Shown piece by piece: positions 44,404 through 58,967 of a stretch of 64,000 bases of DNA. The stretch's first letter is position 1. Each line of letters begins with the position of its first letter. Both the position numbers and the translations under genes were made by a program. Origin of the DNA: Octopus vulgaris. Lineage: Eukaryota. The DNA is taken from NCBI GenBank assembly GCA_951406725.2, contig OX597822.1:33108001-33172000 (forward strand). Direction: 5' to 3'. Under the pieces are notes generated by a model. That model was not told where the DNA came from and made no database searches. It was given only the letters and a program-made list of their open reading frames with translations.

Positions 44404-44856
44404 TTATATTTATATGTATACATACATATATATATGTTCACACACGTATATATATATATATTATATTTAACTATGTAATAACCACATATGTATATATGTA
44501 TGTACAAGAACATGCGCATGTGCACACATATGCTCACATGGTTATATATATATATATGCATATATATACATAATCATTATATGTGTGTACATGTATGAAT
44601 GTGTGTGCATGTGTGTGTATCACGGTGTGTATGTTTGTGTTTCTGCGTGTCTTTGTGGTGAGGTGCGGGAGTAGTTGGAATGATGTCCTGAAAAAAAATT
44701 GGCAAAGCCGTAGGTGAAACACTTAAAGTGTCAATAAACATGAACTTTACAATAGATTGGACTCTTCTTTCATTATCGAGCCACTTCAGCAGTGAATGTT
44801 GTAGTAAATGGGCGCCCGTGTGTATATGCGCGTGTTTGTATACTTTTGAGTTTGTC

Positions 44857-44910
<54 letters not shown>

Positions 44911-45049
44911 TGTGTGTGTCTGTGTGTCTTTCCATGTTTATATGTAAATGCGTGTGTATGATACATGTGTGCACCTATATCCAATGTTTCGCTTTTATGC
45001 TACAATATTATCGAAATACCTTCACAAGTAGGTGCGTTTGTATGCTTAA

Positions 45050-45270
45050 CCCTTTAGTGTTCAGATTACTCTGTTAAATGTAATGCTTATTTATTTAAAT
45101 TGTTTTGAATTAATCACGCATTACCTTATAGCTTTGAGGTTTCAATGATGTGAATATTTATTTTTAAAATGTCACTGTAGGTTAGGTGTGAGAGGCTAGA
45201 TATGGCTAGTTCAAATACAAAACATGTAGAATATATTGGGCCGGATTTGGCCAGTTTAAATACTAAAGGG
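45050..45270. mobile_element. piggyBac-type MITE
   Basis: TTAA|ccctttagtgtt ... aatactaaaggg|TTAA: terminal inverted repeats with TTAA target duplication. Confidence 0.75.
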
Positions 45271-46407
45271 TTAACCCTTTAGTGTTAAGTCAGCACGATA
45301 ATGCTAATGACTGGAACTGGACACGCTCCTTAGTCGTATGGGATGCCTTTCTAAACACTATCATGTTATCTATATTCACTAATAAAAAACACCAACTTTG
45401 ACATCTGGGTCCTGTACACGGAATTACTGAATTAAATTTCAAAACAAAATCAACCAAATGAAAATAATTAAATTACTTCGTTTGTAACATACTTAGTGGA
45501 CGCTTTAGTTATTTGTCAACCAGTGAGAGAAAATGACCGTCTACTTTGTACTGATTATCTTAATAATTTGAAAGAACCGATGCTAACCAGCAGCTGAAAC
45601 CTGTGTCAAGTGCAAGTACGAAGAAGGACAACGAAACTAGAATTCTCCCTACGACAGAGCGCAACGGAGGTGTGCTCTCCCTATTCAAACGCATGAGTAA
45701 CAGGTCATCGAATTGTTTTCGAAGAACAGAGGCCTACTTTGATTTTCATCTCTTCGAGGTTTGTAAAATAAATACCAGTCGTACACTGGGGTCGCTGCAA
45801 AAACGACCTATCCCATCTCCACCCAAATCGCTGCTTTTGTGCAAGAATTTGAAACCATTTATAGTGTTGTCGTTGTTGTTGTAAACCTACTGCGTATAAA
45901 TTTTACTAGCAGGGATGTTTACTTGAGATTGGATGACAACAATTGCCTCAAATTTCCACAATGTCTCTAAGGACCCTTGCAAAATACAGGATTACAATTT
46001 TCTACAAGTAAACAATGCGAGATTTAATTCCAGTATATTTCTGCCTCTAAAGTAGCAGCTGGGGTATTATACCAAATATGCCAATTAACACAGAAATAAT
46101 TGTCATCTTCGTCTTTTGACAGTCTCATCTCCACGGCTACGTCCTTATATTTTTCATTTAATTTTCTCAATTTCTTCAGTATCTTAACTTATGGTATTGC
46201 AAAGTCTATTATTTTACACTAACTGTTTCTTTTTCCTCTCTAATGATATTTGCTCTTCTTGACTCAACAGTATTCTTTTATTCTTTTTCTTTTATTTGTT
46301 TCAGTCATTTGACTGCAGCCATGCTGGAGCACCGCCTTTAGTCGAACAAATTGACCCCAGGACTTATTCTTTGTAAGCCTGGTACTTATTATTATCAATA
46401 TTGATGT

Positions 46408-46429
46408 TATCATCATCATCATCATCATC

Positions 46430-46483
<54 letters not shown>

Positions 46484-46582
46484 GGTGGTGGTGGTGGTGG
46501 TGGTGGTGGTGGTGGTGGTAATAGTAGTAGTAGTAGTAGTAGTAGTAGTAGCAGCAGCAGTAGTAGTAGTAGTAGTAGTAGT
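46408..46582. repeat. Compound trinucleotide repeat (ATC/GTA/GTG/GCA)
   Basis: Direct inspection. Confidence 0.95.
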
Positions 46583-46774
46583 ATCACATTTCTGAAGAGT
46601 GTCTATTTGACTTTGCTTCTGCCATAAACATTCAATTGAATTGTTAATCACAAGGATTTCTTTTCTCATTCAACTAGGCCTGATAAAGTTTAAGTAGAAT
46701 TTTTGCTGATTTTTGTTTATTGTTATATTTTGTGTGTGTGTGCGTGTGTGTGTGTGTGCGTGTGTATGTGTGTC

Positions 46775-46824
<50 letters not shown>

Positions 46825-47483
46825 AGATTTCGAAAGCCGAGAATGAATGGTTGTCGACCGTCTCAGATAAGTGTAGAATACTACATACGTTTAGACAAAC
46901 TGTTAACAGTTCGGAGCGGATAGAGTAAAATGAAATACAGAGGCAAAAATATTCTGTCAAAATACAAAAATCAACAACAAACATACAATCTAAAATAGTG
47001 AGAGAAAGAGGGAAAAGAGCATTAAAGATTGAAATAAAGTTAATTACACGCTAATTAAAAGATGTGAGATATTGGGCGTAAAAGGAAGTCAGTAATTGGT
47101 GCTCATGTGTTGATTTTGAAATAAGGACCGTTTTGTGCTTTGTAATAAACATTAATAATAAGAAAATATACTATGAGTAGGTGTATGTGCTTATTGAAAG
47201 CATAAAGAACGACAGTGTTGGGTGTTTATTCTGCTGTGAAGCATAATTTGGCGTTGAACGTGAATAGATAAAACTGAAATACAAAGCGAGTATTATAGAG
47301 ATAAATAGAAACCGCGATCTAAAATATAAGAGGAAAAAGAAACCAGAGAGAATTAATTCAATGAGCTTGATACGTCAACACATACCTTTGCATTTCTGTA
47401 TAGACACAACCCTCATATATACACAGACACATATACGTGTGTATGTATGTGATTACATACATAGGTATATGCGTATATATAAT

Positions 47484-47533
<50 letters not shown>

Positions 47534-47664
47534 AAGTATATATATATTTGCTTTATATATATATATTCATATATAAATGTATGTATATTTATATATATAT
47601 ATATATATACATATATATATGCATATATACATATATATATACGCGCTTATGTGTATGTGTATAT

Positions 47665-47770
<106 letters not shown>

Positions 47771-48204
47771 AATTCTGAATCAGATATGCCCCGAAAAGCG
47801 ATCAAGTGATGGGCGGGATGCAATTTGATTTATTTTTTTCTATTTCCCGTTAACTGAATTTTTGGTGAATTAAAACTTCATCACAAGTCACTTTCAATTC
47901 CCGCCGCCAATCCCACATTACCACCACCACCACCACCATGAGGACGTGCATTTTCTTTTTAAGTTTTCTTAAAATAAATATTTTGACCTATCTTGATTTG
48001 TCAACAAACACATGAATGACGGAATTTCGGTCATTAAATGCTGTTCAGAATCGCTTGCACTCCGGACAAAAGGCATAGCGACATTTCATCCGTTTCTTGA
48101 CGCTCATGATCCAAATTCTACCAGGGCCAGCTTAGCTTTTCACCCTTTCCGGGTCGATAAAATAAGTACTAATGAATCACTGGAATCGATGTAATCAATC
48201 AAAC

Positions 48205-48610
48205 AGTTTAGGTGCTAGAGCATAAGAGATCGATCCTAGTGGTAGCGAACAAGATGAACATGTGCTATATAGTTGATGTTGCATGCCCCTTTGACCCACG
48301 AATAGTCAAGAAGGAAGACGAAAACATAGATATATACAACCGTCTTAGGTACGAAAAAGCCGGGCTATGGAAAATGAAGAAGGTGGAGATAGTGCCAATT
48401 AATGTTAGGTCCTTGGCGACAGTATTTGAAGACATCAAGAGAGGTATAAAGGAAACTGTTAAAGAGTGCCCAGTAGAATTGTTACAAACGGTTTGTCTCT
48501 TTGGTACGGCCGGAATAATCAGGAAAGTATTAGACAGCTGAAAAGAACGAATGGCATGGTGTGTAGGCTGCAAGTAGCAATCCCTCTACGCTTCCAAGAC
48601 TCCAGGAGTG
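48205..48610 (+). mobile_element. RLE-bearing non-LTR retrotransposon 3' fragment (R4/Dong-like)
   Basis: EHKRSILVV..CYIVDVACPFD..KKEDENIDIY..L..LWKMKKVEIVPI..LLQTVCLFGTAGIIRKVL. Confidence 0.75.
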
Positions 48611-48824
48611 CCAACAAAATATATTGAAATTATAATTTACTCCCTGATTGAAATACTTCAGTTTCTGCGGAATTGCTTGTAACATACACGTGGGTGCAAA
48701 GGATAGATATGTTTTCACATTCGGCAGTGTATATTTTGGAAGTATTGGTTGGATATCTGTTGCGCGATGACGCTTGTTCGTAAACATATTTAACCCTAGC
48801 ACTTTCAAATTTTATATTGGAAAT

Positions 48825-48882
48825 GCTACACTGATGATGAGAAATAAGTGAATATACTTTAATCTCGAAACGCGTATGTAGC
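48825..48882 (+). ncRNA. Type I hammerhead ribozyme
   Basis: GCTACA-CTGATGA-T-GAGA...TCTC-GAAA-CGCG-TA-TGTAGC. Perfect 6-bp stem I, ACGCGT palindrome, GUA triplet. Confidence 0.88.
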
Positions 48883-49066
48883 TAATCCGAGTCGTGTAGA
48901 TTCATTATTTTTCTTTTCGCCAACATAAAAAAAAGTGTGTTACTGTCTGGGAAATTCTTACGGTAGTAGAAAATGAATTTTTAACTCCTATTTCTAAATT
49001 CGGTATGTAGTGAAGCAATTAGCTGACCCCCTAATTATAATTATGTTTATAATTATAGAATATTTG

Positions 49067-49113
<47 letters not shown>

Positions 49114-49122
49114 TTATATATA

Positions 49123-49198
<76 letters not shown>

Positions 49199-49432
49199 AT
49201 ATATATATATATGAATGTGTGCGAGCGTGTATGTATAGGACAGGCTTCCGTACATTTTCTGTCAAATCAAATTCACTCATAAAACTTTGGTCACTAGGAG
49301 GCTATTCTGGGAGGCAATCGTCCCTGGTGCTGCACTGTGAGACTAAACCCGAAAGAAAATCGAGCTTTCTAACAAGGTAGTCATGACCGTACTTACGCAA
49401 ATACACAATCACAAGCACATATATATCTACTT

Positions 49433-49475
<43 letters not shown>

Positions 49476-49484
49476 AAGAAAGAA

Positions 49485-49516
<32 letters not shown>

Positions 49517-49999
49517 CGAGTCTCAATTGAAAACACGAATGGAACAGTAACACCCACTAACACTTTACACCATATGACTAATGACAGAAGGGAGAAGAGA
49601 GAGAAAACAATAAATAGATAAATTATTAAATAAATAAATATATTTGCCACATACCTGAGATAAATATAAGACATAGAGATAGATAAAATAAATAAATTTC
49701 CTAATTTTCCCCTTCTATCAATGTTCACAGAACACCTCAGTACAACAAAGAATGAATAAAGAGACGACTTTCATCAATAAATATCTTCCATAACTCAATA
49801 TGAACACAAAACATAATACAGAACACTACTAACCTTTTAATTAATACCACTAATACCCATATATCCCATACACCATTCACATTACAGATCTATATCTACC
49901 CTAATTGTACCAAATCCAGAACTACTTACCTCCCTTACAAATAATCTTTTTACTCGGGGACTAGTAGACCTGACACCGTTCATTAATCGGTGTGAATTC

Positions 50000-50038
50000 A
50001 AAGCAATGATTAGTAAATTTACGAAACCGGTATGCTTT
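50000..50038 (+). ncRNA. Degenerate minimal hammerhead
   Basis: AAAGCA-ATGATTA-GTAA at TTAC-GAAACCGGTA-TGCTTT. Stems intact, two core substitutions relative to CTGATGA. Confidence 0.6.
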
Positions 50039-50253
50039 TAAGTCTTTTTAACAATTCACAATAATGACTTTTATTACTTTTACCCCTGCCTCAGTTCATC
50101 TAATTGTATATATCTATCGTTACTTTTCATAAAATGCCTTTACTTTTTTTTATTTCCAAGGTGCATTTTCGATTGTTTTTCTTCTTACTTTCCCCTATAT
50201 ATATATATGTGTGTGTGTGTGCGTGTGTGTGTGTATGTGTGTGTATGAATGTA

Positions 50254-50627
50254 TATATCCTGTAAATGATAATAATGGGATTTTTCTATAAGCTTAAAGC
50301 TTATGGCGATCACCGTGCAATGGCTAAGGAAAATAGTCTAATAACGGGGCGTATAAGCCCTCGATAGGATAAAAGAAGGCTTTCCTATCCGCGTGGAATT
50401 GGAACCCGCATCCGTTTTTAAACGTTACTAAGTGTATTAAAGGTAACTTAGTTGCATTAACAGAGGGATTTGGGTTCGAGTCCGATGCGGATAGGAAAGC
50501 TTTCTTTTTTTCTGTCGGGAGCTTATACGCCCTGTTGTTAGACTATTTTCCTTAGTCATTGCACCGTGATCTCCATAAGCGTTAAGCTTATATAAAAATA
50601 CCATTATTATTATTTACAGGATATATA
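50254..50627. repeat. Long imperfect inverted repeat (~180-bp arms, ~12-nt spacer)
   Basis: tcctgtaaat..gcttatgg..aaggaaaatagtctaa..ctttcctatccgc..actaagt / acttagt..gcggataggaaag..ttagactattttcctt..atttacagga. Confidence 0.88.
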
Positions 50628-50669
50628 CATACATACATACACATATACATACGCGCACACACACATACA

Positions 50670-50740
<71 letters not shown>

Positions 50741-50754
50741 GTGTGTGTGTGTGT

Positions 50755-51560
50755 AGTGAGAGAAAGAAGTGAAAGGTGTACAGTGAATTTGCCGTGAGGA
50801 GTAGAATATCCAACGTTTCGGACGCAATCCTTCCTCCAGGCGGTAGAGAAAAAGAGAAGGTGAAGAAAGATAAACAGTTTTTTACATGCTTTCAGCTCGA
50901 AAAACTGGCTGCAACTGATAATGGATGCAGAATAACACCGGCTGTAGACGTGAAACAGAAGTTATAAGAGAGGACGTGCTGAAAGGAGGAGGGGAAAAGT
51001 GATGGAGATAGTAGAGGTAAGTAAATACGGGAATGCTGCAGAGAGAGGGTGGGGGAAGTATAAAAAGGGGGAAAAGAATTAAGAGGAGGTGAAAGGATAA
51101 AAGAAAAAACGTTCATTCATACTTATCGGTGGCATAGTGTCAAGGTCAAATGTGAGGCGTTGCTCCTTTCGTTTCGACGAGAAGAGTTGTCCGTGGTGAC
51201 AGGCCATGCCACACACTGATAAATCTGCGAAAGAAAGATTCGCAGTGTTGAAGAGGGAGACGACTGGTTGTCCTGACATACGTAGCTTTATGCTTCTGAT
51301 GTGTTCGCGAAAGCGATCCCCAAAGCGTCGCCTTCTTTCTCCAATGTAAAGAGCTCCGCCGAATTTGCATATGATGCAATATATGATATTTGCTGAAGTG
51401 CTCCAGAAGTGTTGTGTTATTTGATATTGTTTCTTGGGGCCGCGATGGTGGTTATATTGTTAATGTAGGAGCATGTGTTACATCGTTAAAGGTTCCTGGT
51501 TGTGCAGAGCTGGGAGTTGAGAAGCGTCTAACAAGGAGATTTCGAAGACTCCTACCAATT
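50755..51560 (-). pseudogene. Decayed 3' end of a second PLE family (Neptune-like linker + GIY-YIG)
   Basis: Minus strand reads RNLLVRRFSTPSSAQPGTF..RCNTCSYI, then SANIIYCIICKFGGALYIGERRRRFGDRFREHIR...RKEQRLTFDLDTMPPISMNERF. Confidence 0.8.
50809..50841 (-). ncRNA. Degenerate minimal hammerhead in the 3' UTR of a decayed PLE
   Basis: Minus strand CCTGGAGGA-A-GGA ttgcg TCC-GAAACGTTGG. Confidence 0.5.
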
Positions 51561-52861
51561 TTTTTATATACGCATACATGAGTGTTTTGTATATATACAT
51601 ATATATGTTTTGTATACATACATACATACATACATGCATGTATACATACATACATACATACATACATACATGCATACATACATACATATATACATACATA
51701 CATACATACATACATACATACATACATACATACATACATACATACATACATACATACATGGATGGATCATAGCTTTTATTATACACGTATTGAAAACACG
51801 ACTAGCTTTTTAGCTTAAATTCTTTATTTTTTTTCTATCACTTTTATTTTGGTACAAACCTTATCAAGATGTAAAACGTTAATGGTTCGTTTAAGCAATT
51901 ATGCACGCCAGCAGCCCTTCACACCCGAAAGTGCAAGTGCAGATACGTTGAATTTTATTGATCCAAATAAAGACACACAAATATGCAGAGCAAAACAATG
52001 TAGAGGTTAAAATAAGAACGTGGTCAATTACCCATACACACGCATCCATGTGTGTATGGTATATGTGTAGTGTATTATCTCCGTTGAGCTGGGTTCAATC
52101 GAAGTAGACTACTTTCAAGTTTAGTACTCCACATAAAACAACTGAGCAGATTTATAGACTTTTATTTTAAAACTTAGCGCAACGATCCTTGCAACCGTCA
52201 TTATCATTTCATATGCGCGTTTGTCTGAGTTTTTTCTGTGTGCTAGTGTTTTTGTATGTACATATGCATGCATGTATTCGTGTATGTGTGTGTGCTTGTA
52301 TGTACATATGTGTGTGTGTGTATGTGTTTCATATGGGGCTATAATCTGTCCTTTGAAAATTGTATTTCGCTTTCTGTAATGTTTTACATTATTTTTTTTT
52401 TTGCATTTTCGTTTTATATTTTCTTTCTTTGTTGTGCACTTTGAAATTGTTTGTTCTGCAATATGAAATGATTTATATCCAGTTTTTAGTGCCACCATCG
52501 AAGAGCATTTTGGCCATTCTCATTTGTGTTATTATAGCCGGCGTCTGATAGTTGTTTTTATTATATTCATTTATGCAACATGAACATAGTATCTGCCACC
52601 CTGATATTTCTATGTATATTTTATAATAACGTATCCTGCTGCGAATTAGCTACAGATCTGCAACGCCGATCCTTTACTTCCATACCAGACGGCGCTAAAA
52701 ATTCTATATAATTCGTGTGATATCATAATGTCTGTGAAAGGAACATTTGATACCAATGATGCCATAAGTTATTTTGGGATACACATATCCTCTTTTATGA
52801 CTGATGCTGGATAATACGAATAATTATATTCCGAACCGTGCCACTAACTATCCGCCCAGTC

Positions 52862-53130
52862 GAAGTCAAATCTCGGTTACTCGGTGGATCAGTGTTCTCC
52901 AGCCAGTTCTATCCTGGGTCACTTCTTTCAGATTGGTTATGGCCATTCCCGTGTCACTCTTGATGGTGTCAAGCCAGCGGATTCTTGGTCTGTTTCTTCC
53001 TCTCTTGCCACTGACTATTCTGAACATGATGTCCTTCTCCAGGTATTTTCTCCACATAATATGACCAAAATATACCAATCTATGCTTGGAGATCCTAGCT
53101 TCTAGCGACAGTTTCGGCTCGATCTGGTTA
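52862..53130 (-). mobile_element. RTE-clade LINE 3' fragment
   Basis: SLEARISKHRLVYFGHIMWR..LEKDIM..GKRGRNRPRIRWLDTIK..QDRTGWR. Confidence 0.8.
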
Positions 53131-55483
53131 AGAACTTCTCCATATTCCGAATTGATCTGTAATAACACAGCTCGTGATCAATCAAAGATTGTACTTGGCT
53201 CCCACATGCGCTCCCCAGAGATTATCCACAATGCTGTCTCCGGGTTAAGAACAACTCGTGGTCTTAAAACGAAACCTGTTTTTCCCATATGCTTTATTAG
53301 TCATTTAGTCCTGATTTGTTTAACACGGTGAGTTTTTGGAACCAAACACCTGTGATAGACAAGGACAGATGTAGAGAAAATATAGAGCATTGCAATGCAA
53401 AACATCATTTGATAGCATGGTTCACAGTTTCATCTCTTCACTTCAAATTCTCTCTTTAATGTTCACCACTCTATAAGCTAGTTGCATAGTATTACTAATT
53501 TCTAAGAACTGAATTGACAATGCAACGCCAGTAAATACCCTCTTAATATTACGTTTCTTTCCTCCCACCCCACCATATAACATTATTCTCCGCTGACACA
53601 TTATTAAAGATTTTATAATTTGTGTAAAACCCACAGCTGGTTACCCTATCACGTGTTCCTGCCCACTGGCTACTCCATCATTTAACCTATAAGATATTTT
53701 CGCTCATCTTCTGTTGCAGGAAGTAGGTTTTGTTCTTGTGTAGTATATTTTTCTATCTTATAAATCAAGCAGATAACAGAGAAACTCCTCCATATAACAA
53801 GATATAAATTAACTTGGATCAACAAATACAAATTATTGTCCAGTATTATTGTTCATAAGCTTTTAACTGTTCACCATTGTGTGTGTGTGTGTGTTTGTCT
53901 GTGTGAGTGTGTGTGTGCCTGTGTGTGTACGTATGTAGAACGAAGATAGCTCGTCAGGAATTTGCCGATCTCCTACCTGGAATTTGTATCATTCCCTGTT
54001 ACTTTATCTCCAAATGCCTGATGGCATAGATTCGTTGTACTAGACGACAAAACTTGGAACCGAGTCAAACTGGTATTAACTGCTTTTAACGACAAAATAA
54101 ACCCCGCAGCCTTATCCACACTAAGTTCTAACATTTATATATAATTTCTGCGACTCCACAGTCTGTTTTCTTTCTTTCTGTCTATCCCTCTATAATCCTC
54201 TATATTTTCCGTTGCTCACCGTCCTTCTTTGCTGTTCTCTTTTTCTCACTCCCTACTATCTTTCGTACCTTCTCTCTTCTCCTCATTCTCTTTGTTTCTT
54301 TCCCTCAACCGCTCTCTTGTCCCCTTCCCCTCAGCCTCTTAGTCACACGTGACTACAGGCCATTTCTCTCGCACCTCTCTTTTCTGGAAAAAACGTCCAC
54401 CGACCTGGACGTCATTTCCCTCGCCTCCTGACATTTTTTTTCCTTTTCTACTATTTTCTTCTCTTCTATTTATTCTATTTCCTTTAAAAATTTCTCCTAG
54501 ACGTTACCCATTAGCATTCGTCTGGGCCTAACGGCCCATAATATTTATCTTCGTCGATTGTTTACTTAACACGTCCACTCTGTTATTGTTTGTTCTTTCG
54601 AAGCCCTAACTCTCCACAAATTTTATATTCTTAAAATTTCTGAATGCTGCTGTCTTATGAAGTTTTCCTATCTTGTCGTTAAAATCATGAAATAGGGAGT
54701 AGTAAAACGGCAAGTAGTAAGCTGTGATAAGTAAAATTGTAATGTTAGTATCAGTTCGAACATGCTTGAGGCACGTTCGAACTGGGTAACCAGCTATTCA
54801 CTGCGTTTTGTCACGAAAAATACATCCCGTTTGTTGACAAATGGTGTGTATACACTGAGACCAGCTTGCGGTGACACATAACTACACTGTGAGATGCTAG
54901 AATTTCGGAGTAGTTATTTCCTCGTCGCTTACAAACACTAGGCAGAGAAAACGCAGGGAGTAACTTGTTTCCCAGTTTGAACGTGCCTCAAGCATATTCG
55001 TTCTAATAGCATTACAATATATATATATATATACATGTGTGTGTGTGCGTGTGTGTGTGTGTGTGTGTGTGCATGTGTGTATGTGTATATTAGTGCGTGT
55101 GTATCTATACATGTATATATATATATATATATATGTATGTATACATATATATATGTGTATGCATACACCAACCCCATACATACGCACGTCCAGACCTATC
55201 ATACGCACTAATACTCTCTCATACACACACACACACACACACACCCTTATACATGCTAATACATACACCAACCCTATACATACACACGTGCAGACCTCTC
55301 CTACGCACTAATAGCTGGTCATTCAACCCTATTATCAACCCTATTATCTCCCCTTATTTCGCTCTCGCGTCTCATGTTTGATCTTTGACCTCTGGCCGGA
55401 ATCAGATCGCCATGTTGATTCGTTAGTTACTGCACGCATTTTTTTCTCTCCTTCTGTCTGTGTTTTTTTTTTCTCTCTGTGTA

Positions 55484-55521
55484 TCTTTCTGTTGAATAGC
55501 GTAGGCTCGAAACGTTAAAGA
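55484..55521 (+). ncRNA. Variant minimal hammerhead motif (AACGTT family)
   Basis: TCTTT-CTGTTGA-A-TAGC gtag GCTC-GAAACGTTA-AAGA. Shares downstream tttcctgagcg..taatac with the copy at 552. Confidence 0.55.
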
Positions 55522-56053
55522 CTTGTTTTATTTATATTTCCTGAGCGCCATACTAATACAATTGTTTGTTTGTTTCCCACCTGCCTTCGTCTTTTGTCTA
55601 TTTTCATAAAGCTTGCCGTTATATATATGTGCGAAAACATAAATATATATATACACATATATATGTATACATATCTATATACTTTTATACATATATATGT
55701 AAACATATGGCCATATATATATGTGTATATATATATATATATGTATATATATATGAATATATAATATATATATATATATATACATATATATGGCCATGGA
55801 TGAGACAGCCTTGAGGACAGCTATCTCCAATGGAACCAGCTACTTCGAGCATAACAGACAACAGAATGACGCGGTAAAACGCAGAAGAAAGGAGCATCTT
55901 CAACATTCTCGACCCGTACTAATTCTGCCCATAACTCTTTCACCACCGACTTGGATCGCAAAGTCACATTCGGCATAAACATCAGCCGAGGAGACTGGAT
56001 AGAAACTGACGAGCCCAATGCTCGATACGAGGTGGGGCCGACGATATATAATA

Positions 56054-56113
<60 letters not shown>

Positions 56114-56269
56114 CTCTTTTACTTGATTCAGTCATTTGACTGTGGCCATGCCGGAGCACGACCTTTAGTCAAGCAAATCAATCCCAGGACTTATTCTTTG
56201 GAAGCCTAGTACTTATTCTATCGGTCGCTTTTGCCGAACCTCCCGCATGCTGTTTGGGAGAATTTAAAA

Positions 56270-56455
56270 AAAACTGTGGGCCTCTGAAACCCAGGCTGTG
56301 GCAGTAACTGGTCCTGAAGTGCGACGGCATTGCTGGTATCTTTGACACTGTGCAGTGGCGACCCATTCTGGTATTTGTGTAGCTGTCAATACCAAAATTT
56401 GACACAATCTTTTCCAGTACCTTCCAGATGTATATTACTGTATACCTCTCCCGAC
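56270..56455 (-). mobile_element. CR1/L2-group LINE 3' fragment
   Basis: SRERYTVIYIWKVLEKIVSNFGI..RMGRHC..SLGFRGPQ. Confidence 0.65.
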
Positions 56456-56681
56456 TTCGATTTATATTTATACGTATATGTGTATGCACGCATTTGCATA
56501 TATTAGCAAACTACGTTGTAAGCCTGAACAAATTAAGGCTACTTATTTTTCAGCAAGAAATGGTTAATTAGTGTTTTGTTAAACTTTTCAACATTAAGCA
56601 CGCAGACCACCAACTAATTACAAGAAAAAGTATTTTAAATACTTGCCTTCTTTCGTATTATTATTATTATTATTATTATTA

Positions 56682-56715
<34 letters not shown>

Positions 56716-56722
56716 CATTATC

Positions 56723-56771
<49 letters not shown>

Positions 56772-57477
56772 TATTATTATTATTATCATTATTATTATTA
56801 TTATTATTATTATTTAATTGCTGGCACAAATGGCTTAACATTAAATCTGAATTAGATGAAAACATTAAAACATTTCGGTTTATTACTGACAGAGCAAAAA
56901 AATAATTAAGCATGAAAAATATCACATGGTTGTTTTATCGAAATTGTTTAAAGTTTACCTTTGATCTTGTTCTGATCGTTGAGTAACTTCGCCCACACTT
57001 TCCCCTCTTTTCTCTGTGGGTTTTTCACGCACTCTTCCTTCCTTTCTTTCTTTCTTTCTTTCCCTCCTTCCTTCTTTCTTTCTATATATAGCAGCGCCAC
57101 TGTTAATAGATTTATTCAATTCCTCAATCTAAACATCTTAAAATCACTTCAATTATAAAGAAAAAAAACAGAAAATGTAAGTGATGGAATCTGAATGAAT
57201 GTGTGTGTGTGTATGTGTGTGTGTGTGTGTGTGTGTATGTGTTTATGCGTATGTGTGTGTATATGTATGTGACTATATGTGTTTGTGCGCGTGCCCGCGC
57301 TTCTTCGGTGTAATAAGTTTCAAAGCAACTGATCAGGAAGTTATCTCTTATAGATTTATAATTTATTGGAGTGTGTTGGTGTAAAACTATATTTCTCTCT
57401 TGTCTATATGGACACGTACACACATACACCCCCACCCGCCAGATACAGACATTTATGTATATTTGTGTGAGTGTCTG

Positions 57478-57519
<42 letters not shown>

Positions 57520-57605
57520 GAGGTGAGTGATGGGTGGGAGGGAGAGATAAAAAGATGTGCACGAGCGTATATGTATATAGATATACACACATACATACAT
57601 GCGTG

Positions 57606-57641
<36 letters not shown>

Positions 57642-57651
57642 TGTATGTATG

Positions 57652-57688
<37 letters not shown>

Positions 57689-57801
57689 GTATAATATAAA
57701 ACTTACTTGTAAAAGGATGCGTGGCGTTCAATCATATACTAATGTAAATAATATATAAATATATGCATGTATACATACATATATGTACATACCTACATAT
57801 T

Positions 57802-57860
<59 letters not shown>

Positions 57861-58113
57861 AAGATAAAACTTACTTGGAAACGGATGCGTGGCGTTCGAT
57901 CATATAATAATATAAATAATATATAAATATATGCATGTATACATACATATATGTACAGACCTACATATATATGCACATATACATGCATATATGGGTACAG
58001 GACATAGAAAACTTTGAACGCAATGGGAAATGAAAACATAAAAACATATATATATATATATATATAAAATATAAATTAGAGATAAAACCATTAGGAGTTA
58101 TACTCCCTAATAT

Positions 58114-58149
<36 letters not shown>

Positions 58150-58492
58150 TAAACATATAGAGATATGCATATGGAAATATACATCTATAAATACGTATAC
58201 ATATCTATATATATACATACCTATATACTTATAAGAATACATACGCATACATATTCCTATGCATGTGGGTCAATCTCCTGCGCCCTGGTATTTAGTGTAT
58301 AATGTTAACCCACTTGTGACAACAATAGAAAAAAAAAATACAAAAAGAAAGAAATAGTTTATTTTTTCTCATAATTAGTTGCTGGTCTGCGCGCTTAATT
58401 TTGAAAAATTTAATCAAACGTTAATTATTTTACGTTAAAATATTAGTGGCCTTCTGTGTATGCGTGTATCTCTGTGCGTGTGTGTGTTTGTC

Positions 58493-58533
<41 letters not shown>

Positions 58534-58801
58534 CTGTGTGTGTGTTCGTGTGTGTCGACAACTAATTAACGAGTCCGCTTCGAAACCCACTGCATGGCAT
58601 CTAGAGCAATTGCCCCTATCTACAGCTTGCGACTAGTCGGATATCGCATGAGGCTTACGCTGTCTGTGAATAGCGTTAAAAGTGCATGCGACAGTGGAAA
58701 GCTCAGCCACTTATATCGAAAGAGAAAGTATCTCATTTGATCGAACAACTACAACCTCATCATTGAAATCGATCAACAACCATCTCCCTTTCTTTTTCTC
58801 T

Positions 58802-58862
<61 letters not shown>

Positions 58863-58914
58863 TCTATTTATCTGTCTTTCTCTCTCTCTTTCTCTCTCTC
58901 TTTGACTCACTTCC

Positions 58915-58967
<53 letters not shown>

